DNA of 64,000 nt from Pirellulales bacterium (GTDB lineage Bacteria > Planctomycetota > Planctomycetia > Pirellulales > PALSA-1355), in assembly GCA_963733035.1 (NCBI GenBank), contig CAVTBU010000005.1:320001-384000 (forward strand). Reading direction: 5' to 3'. The notes under the pieces were generated by a model. The model was not told the origin of the DNA. It made no database searches and saw nothing but the letters and a program-made list of their open reading frames with translations. Shown here piece by piece: positions 31,402-41,338 of the stretch. The stretch's first letter is position 1; every line of letters starts with the position of its first letter. The translations under genes were made by a program, and so were the position numbers.

Positions 31402-32802
31402 TCAATCGTTGGCCGCTTCTTCGGAGAGTGGTTCCGGCAGAAAGAAACACGCGACGCTTCCGACGAAGAACACGAAGAAGGCCACTGCAGCCGCCGCGTT
31501 GGCGATTTGCATGGGGGGCGATCCGCCTGGCATATATTTGCTAAGCAAGAGCGTGATGGCGGCGAAAGAGGTTCCAATCATTCGACCACCGATGTTCGCG
31601 GCAAATCCCTCGCCCGTGCCACGCAAGTGGACGGGATAGGCGCGCGGCAAGTAGTTACCCAGGAAGCTAAACTGCCCGACGACGAACAAGCCGGCGAGGA
31701 ACGCCCCGACGGTCAGAGCGTTGAGACTGTGCTTGGGAGCCAGCACGAAGATCAACGGCACAATGATCAATCCCGGCACCTGGAATACCCGCAACAGCGA
31801 CCGCCGGCTAACGATTCGCACGGCAAGGATGGCGAGCAGAACACGGCCAACGAGGCCTCCGACCTCCTGCACTTCGCCGATAAAGGCAGACGTTTCCTGT
31901 TCGTGCTGTTTTTGCGCGGGGACCGGCATCTCGGAGATCTTGGCCTTGAGGTCGGGCACGCCAGGCACGATCTGCCGAATCTGCTGGATGGCACCGAACG
32001 CGCCGCCGTAGGCACAGGCGAAGATAATGGTCGAGACAATCGTCGTACGGCGCAACTCTGGGCTGAACAGTTCGGCGAAACTCGGCCGACGGAGTTGTCC
32101 GCTGGCACGCTTTTTGGCCCAGATGGGCGACTCCGGCAGGAAAGGCCGAATGATGATCAGCGGCAGCGCCGGGATCAAACCCGACATTAGAGTATAGCGC
32201 CAGGGTGCATTGCCGTTGTGGATCTCACCCATAAAGCTCAGAAAGCCGGGGAATTGGATCGTCGGCCAATCAGCGGCAAACTTCGCGGCCAGCCCATAGG
32301 CACCGGCAACCAGGAAGCCGCCAAGCGATGAGAATGCCTGCGTGTAGCCCAGCACGTTCTCGCGCTGCCGTGGGTCGGGGAACAGCTCGGCCAACCAGGC
32401 CACGGCGGCCACGAACTCGACGCAAACGCCTACGAAGGTCAGGCAGCGGAGCACTAGCAACATCTGAATAGACGTGGAATAGCCAGCCGCGAACGCCGAG
32501 AAAGCATAGATCAAGATGCTCCAGGTGAGCACGCGCCGCCGACCTAAGCGGTCAGTCAGGTAGCCGCCCAACAGTCCGAAGATGCCGCCAGCAACGGCCG
32601 GCACGTAGAACAATAGGGATCCCCAATAACGAAAGCCGTCGCTGCCTGGCTTGAAGTCGGTCAGTTCGACGATCAAGTCCTTGATAATGAACTGCATCAT
32701 CAGCAGTTCGTAGATGTCGAAGGCAAAGCCGATGGCCGCCAGCGAAACGATTAACCATTGCGTTGCGGTCAGCCTGTTGGAGCCAAGGGCCGGTGAGCTC
32801 AT
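31402..32802 (-). CDS. MFS transporter
   Basis: GFAFDIYE, GYLTDRLGRRRVL, AELFP, YPVHLRGTG; about 12 TM helices. Confidence 0.9.
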   Translation of the reverse strand: MSSPALGSNRLTATQWLIVSLAAIGFAFDIYELLMMQFIIKDLIVELTDFKPGSDGFRYWGSLLFYVPAVAGGIFGLLGGYLTDRLGRRRVLTWSILIYAFSAFAAGYSTSIQMLLVLRCLTFVGVCVEFVAAVAWLAELFPDPRQRENVLGYTQAFSSLGGFLVAGAYGLAAKFAADWPTIQFPGFLSFMGEIHNGNAPWRYTLMSGLIPALPLIIIRPFLPESPIWAKKRASGQLRRPSFAELFSPELRRTTIVSTIIFACAYGGAFGAIQQIRQIVPGVPDLKAKISEMPVPAQKQHEQETSAFIGEVQEVGGLVGRVLLAILAVRIVSRRSLLRVFQVPGLIIVPLIFVLAPKHSLNALTVGAFLAGLFVVGQFSFLGNYLPRAYPVHLRGTGEGFAANIGGRMIGTSFAAITLLLSKYMPGGSPPMQIANAAAAVAFFVFFVGSVACFFLPEPLSEEAAND

Positions 32803-33017
32803 GAAATGCCCTTCGTGGGTTTGCTTAGCGCGGGTGGAACGAGCGAAAGGTGGGAGCGACGACTGTGGGGGCATCCGTTCACGCGAGTCGTAGCCTCGCA
32901 TGATAGTGAAACGGGTCGGCCGCTGGCAAGCAGCCGTGCCAAACGCTTCGATTGCGGCCCCCGAAGCAGATACTTCGCATGCGAAGTAAATCCGTTGAAA
33001 ATCAGGACTTGGCTCGC

Positions 33018-33046
33018 TTGCTTGACTTGCGTACCAATGGTATAAG
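33018..33046 (+). promoter_or_regulatory. Sigma-70-type promoter of the kamA cluster
   Basis: TTGCTT-17 bp-TATAAG with TG extended -10. Confidence 0.55.
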
Positions 33047-33131
33047 CACGCCACAGTTCGCACGCCGAATTCGGATGCTCCGAGCGCGCGTTGCCGATGG
33101 ATGGCACTCTTGCTGGAGGGATTCGCTCAAC

Positions 33132-34559
33132 ATGAACCGATCGGAAACTGCGTCCATTGCAGTGCCCGCGGGCACCGCCACGCCGGACGACTTCGAGGAG
33201 CCTCCTGGTAGTCCTCGCCGGCACCCGAAATGGACCCTCGTCCCTGATGCGCAATGGGACGACTGGCGATGGCAGATGCAAAACGCCATTCGCACAACCT
33301 CTCAATTGGCCGAATTCTATTCTTTCGGCCCCCAGGAACTTGCCGCTCTGGAAGACCTGGAACAGAAGTACAAACTGGCGATTCCGCCGTACTACTTTTC
33401 GCTGATCGACCCGTTGGACCCGGCCGACCCAATCGGATTGCAAGCGCTGCCCTCATGGCGCGAACAATCAAGCACGGCCGGCGTGGAGCTGGAAGATCCG
33501 CTGGAGGAGGACAAGGACTCGCCCGTGCCGGGCCTGACGCATCGGTATCCCGATCGCGTGTTGCTGGTCACGACACACGTCTGCACGATGTATTGCCGTT
33601 TTTGCACGCGCAAGCGAGTCACGATGGACCGCGACGGTTGGGATGCTCCCAGCCACAACGACGAGCGGATGATCGCCTACATTCGCGACCACCGACAGAT
33701 TCGCGACGTGGTCGTTTCCGGCGGCGATCCCCTCTCGCTACCGCCCGCCCGACTACGATGGTTTGTCAGCGAATTGGCGGCCATCGATCACGTCGACGTG
33801 ATTCGCATCGGCACGCGGGTGCCGGTGACACTGCCGCAGCGACTGTTCGATCCGGAATTGATCGCGCTGCTCCGCAATGCCGGCAAGGTCTGGATCCAAA
33901 CGCACTTCAATCACCCTCGAGAAATCACACCGGCCTCGGCCAGCGCGGTTCGCAACCTGATAAACGCGGGCATGCCAGTGAGTAATCATGCGGTGCTGCT
34001 CAAGGGCGTGAACGACTCGGTCGACACGATGCGACAGCTCGTGCGCGGGCTGCTGCGGATCAAGGTGCGGCCCTACTACTTGTTCCATTGCGATCCGGTG
34101 ACGGGTGCCGGGCATTTTCGCACGCCAGTCTGGAAAGGTCTCGAGATCATCGAAGGGTTGCGGGGGCACGTTTCGGGGCTGGCCGTTCCGACCTATGTCG
34201 TCGACGGCATGCATGGCGCCGGCAAGATTCCGCTGATGCCGAACTACCTGGTGTCGGCCTCGGAGAATGCCGTCGTGCTGCGCAACTACGAGGGCCTGCT
34301 GTTTCGCTACGCTCCGGAAGATCGTCCCGAAAACGCGACCGCGGGTTACGCCTCGATCGGCGTCAGTTCGCTGCTCAGTGGCACACGTTCGGCGTTGTTC
34401 CCCGACGGCACTCCGCGATTGGAACGCCGTCAGCAACAGGCGTCGACTCCCACGTGCGAATCGGGAGAACCCGACGTGATCCAGCTTAGCGGTTACCAAG
34501 CCGGGGAAATGCGGGACGACTCACAAGACCCCTGGGCACGGTTGCCGAAGGCCAGGTGA
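33132..34559 (+). CDS. kamA: KamA family radical SAM/PLP aminomutase (lysine 2,3-aminomutase-like)
   Basis: WDDWRWQ, DPLEED..SPVPGLTHRYPDR, CTMYCRFCTRKR, SGGDPL, RIGTRVPV, THFNHPRE, PYYLFHCD, GAGKIP. Confidence 0.93.
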   Translation: MNRSETASIAVPAGTATPDDFEEPPGSPRRHPKWTLVPDAQWDDWRWQMQNAIRTTSQLAEFYSFGPQELAALEDLEQKYKLAIPPYYFSLIDPLDPADPIGLQALPSWREQSSTAGVELEDPLEEDKDSPVPGLTHRYPDRVLLVTTHVCTMYCRFCTRKRVTMDRDGWDAPSHNDERMIAYIRDHRQIRDVVVSGGDPLSLPPARLRWFVSELAAIDHVDVIRIGTRVPVTLPQRLFDPELIALLRNAGKVWIQTHFNHPREITPASASAVRNLINAGMPVSNHAVLLKGVNDSVDTMRQLVRGLLRIKVRPYYLFHCDPVTGAGHFRTPVWKGLEIIEGLRGHVSGLAVPTYVVDGMHGAGKIPLMPNYLVSASENAVVLRNYEGLLFRYAPEDRPENATAGYASIGVSSLLSGTRSALFPDGTPRLERRQQQASTPTCESGEPDVIQLSGYQAGEMRDDSQDPWARLPKAR

Positions 34560-34624
34560 GCCGCGGCAAGCAATTGCACCTGGGTTTTGTTTCCCCCCCA
34601 TCACCTCTTGTAGAGGAACGGCGC

Positions 34625-35686
34625 GTGAGAATTGGTTTGACTTTTAACGTCCGACGGGCCGAGCGCCCGTCGGACGTTTCGAGAGCAGGCTTTCTGCCTC
34701 TTCCCGGCGACGATCAAGAAGAGGAATTCGATTCGCCGGAAACGATTGCAGCGATTGCCGAGGTGCTCTCAAGCCTGGGGCACGAAGTCGAATTATTGGG
34801 AAACTGCGAGACGCTGCTCGAGCGGCTGCTCAACGGACCACGGCCGGACCTGGTCTGGAACATCGCCGAAGGCCAGGGTGGCGGCCGCTGTCGAGAAGCT
34901 CAGGTGCCGGCCGTACTCGAGATGCTCGGCATTCCGTACACCGGTTCCGATCCGCTCACGCTGTCCGCGACACTCGACAAGGATTGTGCCAAGCGATTGG
35001 TGTCCAGCGTAAACGTGCCGACCCCGCGTTGGTTCTTATATGACGGAGCCGCCGAATCGGTGTCCGTCGAGGCAAGCGCACTTGCCTTTCCCGTGTTCGT
35101 CAAACCGGCGTACGAAGGTTCGAGCAAGGGGATTCTCAACCGCAGTGTTCTTCACGATGTCGACGAACTGCAAGCAGCCCTCGAGCAGCTCCACGAAGTC
35201 TACCGACAGCCCGTGCTCGTCGAGGAGTTCATCGACGGCGACGAACTAACGGTCGGCGTCGTCGGCAACGAGGCTCCCGAAGTGCTGGGCATCATGCGGA
35301 TCCTTCCCCGCTTGAAATCGAGCCAGCCGTTCGTTTACGGTCTGGAGGTCAAGCGAGACTGGCAACGGCTGGCGAGCTACGAGTGCCCAGCCCGCCTGGC
35401 CCCCAAAGACATCGAGGCGGTAAACCGCGCGGCGCTTTCCGCGTGGCGCGTGCTGGGCTGCCGCGACGTGGCACGATTCGACTTCCGGCTGCGCGACGGC
35501 GTGCCCTATTTTCTGGAAACCAATCCCCTACCGGGTCTGTCTCCCACGTCTGGAGACCTGGTGTTGCTGGCCCGGGAGATTGGCGTCGAGCACGCCGCGC
35601 TCGTCGCCAAGATTCTGCAGGCCACGTGCGACCGGTTGGCGCATACGGACGCGCGACCGCACGCGACCAAGGTGTTGGCCCGCTAA
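34625..35686 (+). CDS. D-Ala-D-Ala ligase-like ATP-grasp protein 1
   Basis: GAGGA RBS plus GTG; NIAEG, GIPYTGSD, LDK, FPVFVKPAYEGSSKG, VEEFIDG, RDVARFDFR, LETNPLPG. Confidence 0.88.
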   Translation: MRIGLTFNVRRAERPSDVSRAGFLPLPGDDQEEEFDSPETIAAIAEVLSSLGHEVELLGNCETLLERLLNGPRPDLVWNIAEGQGGGRCREAQVPAVLEMLGIPYTGSDPLTLSATLDKDCAKRLVSSVNVPTPRWFLYDGAAESVSVEASALAFPVFVKPAYEGSSKGILNRSVLHDVDELQAALEQLHEVYRQPVLVEEFIDGDELTVGVVGNEAPEVLGIMRILPRLKSSQPFVYGLEVKRDWQRLASYECPARLAPKDIEAVNRAALSAWRVLGCRDVARFDFRLRDGVPYFLETNPLPGLSPTSGDLVLLAREIGVEHAALVAKILQATCDRLAHTDARPHATKVLAR

Positions 35687-35809
35687 AACTGCTGGCGTCG
35701 ACACCCCGCGCTGGTGTAGCATGTCTTGGCCCACAACGGCTACGTCATCGGCAACCTAGTCTGCCAGCTCTTACCGCCCACGAAGCGGTGGAACCAAGGG
35801 AGATTCGAC

Positions 35810-37801
35810 ATGGCAACGAACGGCAAAGCCAAGAAAAAGATCCAACGGACACTCGATGCACGGCCCGACACGTTGGACTTTCGCGACCAGATGTATGTGG
35901 CGACACTCGTCGAGGTACCGCCGCAGATCTCGCTGTCGAAGTACAAGAGTTTGAAAGTTCCCATTCTCGACCAGGGAACTGAGGGGGCCTGCACCGGTTT
36001 TGGATTGGCCACGGTGGCTAACTACCTGTTGCGTCATCGCCGCGTGTCTCCAGGCAACGCGCAGGTGAGTCCGCGAATGCTCTATGAAATGGCTCGGCGC
36101 TACGATGAGTGGCCGGGCGAAGCATACGAAGGTTCAAGCGCCCGCGGAGCCATGAAGGGCTGGCACAAGCATGGCGTATGCTCAGAGAAGATATGGCCGT
36201 ATCAGGCGTCCGATCGCGGGGAACTTTCGGCCCTGCGAGCCAAAGACGCGACGCGACGACCTTTGGGGGCCTATTTCCGCGTGAACCACAAAGACCTGGT
36301 TGGCATGCATGCCGCCCTGGCGGAGGTGGGCGTGCTCTATGCCACGGCTGTTGTTCACGACGGTTGGGACCGCGTTGGGAAAAACGGCAAGATAGCATTC
36401 AGCGACAAAGTGCTTGGCGGCCACGCATTTGCCATCGTGGCTTACGACCAGCGTGGGTTCTGGCTGCAGAATTCCTGGGGCAAGTCCTGGGGCGCGCAAG
36501 GCTTCGGGCACTTGACGTACGACGACTGGCTGCAAAACGGCACCGACATTTGGGTGGCGCGGTTGGGCGTGCCGGTCACAATCACCTCTGCCGGCGGCGT
36601 CGCGCTCACACATTCCGGCCAGCACCGCACAAGTGCCTACACGTTCGAAGAATTGCGACCGCATATCGTGAGCGTGGGCAATGACGGTTTGCCGAGAAAC
36701 GAAGGCACGTATGCCACGACGACAGCCCGTATCAGCGCGATCTTCGCCGATGACTTTCCGCGAATTACCAAAAGTTGGAAAAAGAAGCGGCTGCTGCTCT
36801 ATGCGCATGGGGGGCTCACCGACGAGGAGTCGGCCGTCCAACGGGTGGCCGACTTTCGCACCTCGCTACTCGAAGCCGAAATCTATCCCGTTTCCTTCAT
36901 TTGGAAAACCGATTACTGGACGACACTCAAGAACGTGCTGGAAGATGCCCTGCACCGTCGTCGACCGGAAGGCCGACTGATCGATGCTGCCAAGGATTTC
37001 ATGCTCGACCGACTCGACGATGCCCTGGAGATTCTCGCCCGTCGGCTGACAGGCAAGCTCGAATGGGATGAAATGAAGGAGAACGCGCTGCTTGCCACGA
37101 CGGGCCTCGGGGGTGCCGCCAGGCTGGTTGCACAAGAGGTGGCGAAGCTGAATTCGGTCGAATTGCACCTCGTCGGTCACAGCGCCGGCAGCATTTTGCA
37201 CGCGCCGCTGGCGCAACTGTTGGCAACGCCCGGCAAGATCGCCTCCGGCCCGATGAAGGGCGAACAGGGCCACGGCCTGAAAATTGCCTCATGCACGATG
37301 TGGGCGCCGGCCTGTACGGTTTCACTCTTTAACGACACCTATCGCCCGTTGATTGGCGGCGGACAACTCCAGCGGTTTGCCTTGTTCGGGCTGACGGATC
37401 AGGCCGAACAGGACGACGACTGTGCCGGCATTTATCACAAGTCGCTCCTGTATCTGGTCTCCAATGCATTCGAGCAGTTTGAACGGCTGCCGTTCGGTTC
37501 CTCGCAAGGAGAGCCGATACTGGGCATGCAGCGGTTCATCGATTCCGGACTGCGAAAACTATTGAAGCAAGCGCCGCACCAGTGGGTCTTGGCACCAAAC
37601 GCCGAACCGGTCGGCTCGGTCGCCGCCTCGGGCTCGCGGTCGCACGGAGGGTTCGACGATGACCGGGCCACGCTACGTGCCACACTGGCCTTCATCCTGA
37701 ACAAGGCCGTCTCGCACAACGGCACACACCTCGATCACACACTCTCGGGCCTGCGATCGATTCGAGGGCGGATCAACGACGCGTTGGTGTCGCTGCGCTG
37801 A
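35810..37801 (+). CDS. C1 (papain-like) cysteine peptidase fused to an alpha/beta-hydrolase domain
   Basis: DQGTEGACTGF (Gln/Cys), GGHAF, QNSWG; C-terminal LYAHGGL, LVGHSAGS, SHGGFDDD. Confidence 0.88.
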   Translation: MATNGKAKKKIQRTLDARPDTLDFRDQMYVATLVEVPPQISLSKYKSLKVPILDQGTEGACTGFGLATVANYLLRHRRVSPGNAQVSPRMLYEMARRYDEWPGEAYEGSSARGAMKGWHKHGVCSEKIWPYQASDRGELSALRAKDATRRPLGAYFRVNHKDLVGMHAALAEVGVLYATAVVHDGWDRVGKNGKIAFSDKVLGGHAFAIVAYDQRGFWLQNSWGKSWGAQGFGHLTYDDWLQNGTDIWVARLGVPVTITSAGGVALTHSGQHRTSAYTFEELRPHIVSVGNDGLPRNEGTYATTTARISAIFADDFPRITKSWKKKRLLLYAHGGLTDEESAVQRVADFRTSLLEAEIYPVSFIWKTDYWTTLKNVLEDALHRRRPEGRLIDAAKDFMLDRLDDALEILARRLTGKLEWDEMKENALLATTGLGGAARLVAQEVAKLNSVELHLVGHSAGSILHAPLAQLLATPGKIASGPMKGEQGHGLKIASCTMWAPACTVSLFNDTYRPLIGGGQLQRFALFGLTDQAEQDDDCAGIYHKSLLYLVSNAFEQFERLPFGSSQGEPILGMQRFIDSGLRKLLKQAPHQWVLAPNAEPVGSVAASGSRSHGGFDDDRATLRATLAFILNKAVSHNGTHLDHTLSGLRSIRGRINDALVSLR

Positions 37802-37887
37802 GAGCAATGGGGCGGGCTTCGCGAACGATAGGAGATTGGCTACGATGACGCTCGTCCAATGGGCCACGGCACAGGGTCGTTCGCGGC

Positions 37888-38916
37888 GTGAAAGTCATTC
37901 TCCTCTATAACGAACCGTCGTTGGCGGCCGACGATCCGGACGTGGAATCGGAGGCCGGGGTGCTGGAATCCGTGGACGCGGTCGATGCTGCCCTGGCCTC
38001 GCACGGCCATCGGACGCATCGGGTCGGACTGTCGGCCGAGCCTGCGCTGGCTGCCGAAACCATCGTGCGGCTTGCCGAGGCCGACGTGGTTTTCAATCTG
38101 TTCGAAGGATTTGGAGGCGTCGGCCACGGCGAAGCGGAGATTGCCGGACTGGCCGAGCTTTGCGGGCACGCCATCACCGGTTCGCCAGCGGAATGCCTGG
38201 CGCTGGTGCGCGACAAAGCCCGAACGAAATGGCTGTTAGCGGGTGGGGGCGTGTCGACGGCTGAATTCCGGCTTGTCGTGCCTGGCGACTTATTCGATCG
38301 CGAGGGGCTGCAACAGTTGCTCGAACTCGGGCCAGCAATCGTCAAACCAGCTCAAGAGGACGCCAGTCTGGGTATTGGGCCCCAGAGTGTCGTGAGTGAA
38401 CTAGCGCGGCTCGAAGAGCAGCTCGGTGTGATTCATCGCCGCTACGGACCGGCACTCGTCGAGCGGTTCATCGTGGGTCGCGAGTTCAACGTGTCGGTGC
38501 TCGCACTTCCCGAACCGGAGCTGCTGCCGCTGGCGGAGATTGAATTTGGGCCCGCGTTCGGAGAGGACCGGCAAATCGTCACGTACGCGGCCAAATGGGA
38601 ATTGGCGAGCCAGGACTTTTCGCACACGCCGGTGCGTTGTCCGGCGGACGTCGCACCGGAGCTGGCATCCGAGATCGGCCAAGTGGCCTTGGCGGCATTT
38701 CGGCTGACCGGTTGCCGCGACTACGCTCGCGTCGACTTGCGCGTCGATGCGGAAGGGAGGCCGCATGTACTGGAAGTCAACGCGAATCCCGACATCAGCC
38801 CCACAGCAGGTTTTGCCAGGGCCCTGCGAGCCGCCGAAATCGAGTACGATACGTTCATTGACCGACTGGTGAGAACGACGCATGCCAACCGCGCAGAAAT
38901 TCGAGCCCGCCGATGA
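37888..38916 (+). CDS. D-Ala-D-Ala ligase-like ATP-grasp protein 2
   Basis: VFNLFEG, ITGS, RDK, IVKPAQEDASLG, VERFIVGREF, TYAAKW, RDYARVDLR, LEVNANPD. Confidence 0.88.
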   Translation: MKVILLYNEPSLAADDPDVESEAGVLESVDAVDAALASHGHRTHRVGLSAEPALAAETIVRLAEADVVFNLFEGFGGVGHGEAEIAGLAELCGHAITGSPAECLALVRDKARTKWLLAGGGVSTAEFRLVVPGDLFDREGLQQLLELGPAIVKPAQEDASLGIGPQSVVSELARLEEQLGVIHRRYGPALVERFIVGREFNVSVLALPEPELLPLAEIEFGPAFGEDRQIVTYAAKWELASQDFSHTPVRCPADVAPELASEIGQVALAAFRLTGCRDYARVDLRVDAEGRPHVLEVNANPDISPTAGFARALRAAEIEYDTFIDRLVRTTHANRAEIRARR

Positions 38917-38971
38917 ACGCCCGGCCGCGACCGCCTCGAAACCACGTACTCGCCCGAGGAGGCTTCGGCGC

Positions 38972-39742
38972 ATGATTCACGTGCTAATCTGGGGCTTGGT
39001 TGTGTGGGTTGCTATCGCTTACCTGATACTTCCGGCGCTGTGGCGGCACTACGAACATCATCCGGATCTGGCCGTTGCGCCAAAGACCACCGAGACAAGC
39101 ACGGACATTCCCGGCGATCCACTCAACGTCGCCTTGATCGGCAGCAAGAGCGAAGTGATTCGGGCATTTCTCGACGCTGGTTGGTATCCGGCCGACCCGA
39201 TCACGCTAAAGACTTCGCTGGAAATCGCCGAACGGGTGTTGGTCGACAGGCCTTACCCCAAGGCCCCCGTAAGCAGCCTGTATCTATTTGGCCGCAAGCA
39301 GGACTTGGCTTTCGAGCGACCGGCCACCAAAAGCCCCAAGCAGCGCGAGCACGTGCGATTTTGGTTGTGGAAGGGACACGAGGAACAGAACCGGCCGATT
39401 TGGCTCGGCGCGGCCACGTTCGATAAGAGCGTGGGGCTCAGCCACTACACAGGACAAATCACGCATCACATTGCGCCAGACATCGACGACGAGCGCGATC
39501 GGCTGATCGCGGACCTGGGCAAGGCGGGGCAGTTGGTGCGCTCGTCGCAAGTGACCGGCATCGGCCCGACACTCAACGGTCGCAACGGCGGCGGCGATCG
39601 CTACTTTACCGACGGCGAAGTGGATGTCGCCGTCCTTTCGCCCGACAACGCTAAACAACAGGCGCCTCCCGAGCAGTTGCCCAACCCGCCGGCAGTGAAG
39701 CTGAAGAACCGGATTTGGGGATGGATTCGGCCCTGGCTCTAG
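38972..39742 (+). CDS. LssY C-terminal domain protein
   Basis: GAGGAGG RBS; PGDPLNVAL, AGW, APVSSLYLFGRKQDLAF, REHVRFW, GAATFD, ITHHIAPDIDDERD, YFTDG. Confidence 0.85.
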   Translation: MIHVLIWGLVVWVAIAYLILPALWRHYEHHPDLAVAPKTTETSTDIPGDPLNVALIGSKSEVIRAFLDAGWYPADPITLKTSLEIAERVLVDRPYPKAPVSSLYLFGRKQDLAFERPATKSPKQREHVRFWLWKGHEEQNRPIWLGAATFDKSVGLSHYTGQITHHIAPDIDDERDRLIADLGKAGQLVRSSQVTGIGPTLNGRNGGGDRYFTDGEVDVAVLSPDNAKQQAPPEQLPNPPAVKLKNRIWGWIRPWL

Positions 39743-39784
39743 CCGCGTACGATCGTTCGGTACATGGCGGCACGCGGGATTTGC

Positions 39785-41152
39785 TCAACCATCGACGCGC
39801 CGATATTGCCCCGAGTTCTTTTCCGAAAGCGTGCGCAGGAATTCGTCGGTGGGGCTGCCGGGAAATCCGGGAGCAATGCCGATCGTGTAGATGCTGATGC
39901 GGCGGACGCGATTCACCGTGGTGATGGCCCGGATGATGTCGACCGGAGCCAAAATCTTGCCGCTGGTCGGAGCACCATCGGAGAGAAAGTAGATTGCCTC
40001 GGTGTCATATGTCAGCGCGGTCTCCAACGCGTTGTAAGAGGCCGTGTTACCCTCTGGCGATTGGCGCTCGACGTAGATCACTGCCGCCTTCTTGTTTGTC
40101 GCGTTGGCCGGCATGAGCTTTTGCTGCCAGCGATCGACGCTGCCGTTGAACACCACGATGCCGAAGTGGGCGTAGTCTGGTAACCCTTGGATTGCCCGGA
40201 TCAACTCGCGTTTGGCCGCCAGCATGCGACCACCTTGCATGCTGCCGGAAATATCGAGCACGAAGACAAGTCGTTCGGCAAACAGGGGAATACCGTAGTA
40301 CTGCCCCGCCTCGCTGTCGAGTTCGTCGGCCCGCGTGACTTTCACGGTGAGTTGGGAGGGAACCGTAGCGGTGTGCGCCGAAGCGGTTTCCCGACGCTCG
40401 GCCAACCGCCACTTTTGCCAGGCGTCGACGTTCAGACCAAATGATTGTCCGGTCGCTCTCATCAGGTAGCGGACGGCGTCGGCCTTGGCTTCGCCACCGA
40501 CGATCCCAAGCATGCCAATCAGCGGATCGAGCGATTCCTCGGACGGAGTTTTGGTAAGCGCTTGAACAACGGCCCGGCGAATACCGAAGTGCGCCGCAAA
40601 CAACTTGGCGTTCGACATTCGCGCCAGAGGCCTGACGTCGGACGCCGTGCCGTGCGAACCCAATTCGTCGGCCAGCGCGACAAGCAGTTCGGGACCTTGG
40701 GGCGAGCTGGCCAGTTGTTCGTCCATGAATTGCTGAGCTTGCACTTGCGCCAGGGGCAAGTCCGAGGCCAAAAGGGCCGCCAGCGCCGGCAGCACCATCG
40801 GTGAGCCATTACGTTTTTTAAGGCTCGCCTGAGCCGCCGCCAATAGCGCATCGCACACTTCCTGCTCGTCGTTCATCTTGTGCAGCGCTTCGTAAGCTGC
40901 CGCGCGGACGCTGTCGTCCACGTCGACGAAACAGCTATGCACCAACCGAGCCGATTCCGCCACCCGATACTTTTCGAGCGACTTGAGGGCGTCGATTCGC
41001 TGCTCTACCTTGTTGCTATGCAGTTGCCGACGCAGCTTCGGTTGCATCTCGTCAAACTGCTCGTACACGCTTTGGGCGAGCGACGACTGCGATGCAAATA
41101 GCAATCCGGCGGCGGTCAGCACGTGCGCGAGAGTGCGCGCGATCTTTGACAT
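39785..41152 (-). CDS. Exported HEAT-repeat + VWA domain protein
   Basis: Signal peptide; HEAT repeats; MIDAS FVLDISGSM, GNT, YFLSDGAP, IYTIGI. Confidence 0.88.
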   Translation of the reverse strand: MSKIARTLAHVLTAAGLLFASQSSLAQSVYEQFDEMQPKLRRQLHSNKVEQRIDALKSLEKYRVAESARLVHSCFVDVDDSVRAAAYEALHKMNDEQEVCDALLAAAQASLKKRNGSPMVLPALAALLASDLPLAQVQAQQFMDEQLASSPQGPELLVALADELGSHGTASDVRPLARMSNAKLFAAHFGIRRAVVQALTKTPSEESLDPLIGMLGIVGGEAKADAVRYLMRATGQSFGLNVDAWQKWRLAERRETASAHTATVPSQLTVKVTRADELDSEAGQYYGIPLFAERLVFVLDISGSMQGGRMLAAKRELIRAIQGLPDYAHFGIVVFNGSVDRWQQKLMPANATNKKAAVIYVERQSPEGNTASYNALETALTYDTEAIYFLSDGAPTSGKILAPVDIIRAITTVNRVRRISIYTIGIAPGFPGSPTDEFLRTLSEKNSGQYRRVDG

Positions 41153-41338
41153 GCGGGACACCTCCTCTGACCCACCGACCGGCTGGACTCATCCAAGACG
41201 CACCATACGTCGGGGGCAACATCAATTGTCCTGCCTGATGCCGCGGTCTGTCAAGCAAGCACTCCGCGGTTGAGGGCATCCCGGGGAGACCACCGTGCGA
41301 TCGATCCGCGGTATTTCGTGCCGATCTCGTCGGCCAGA

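Noticed and set aside
33132..34559. Calling kamA epmB
   Set aside because: Longer LAM-like protein and no efp or epmA nearby
34625..38916. Calling the ATP-grasp genes ddl or van resistance ligases
   Set aside because: They lack the Ddl N-terminal motif and any mur/fts or van context
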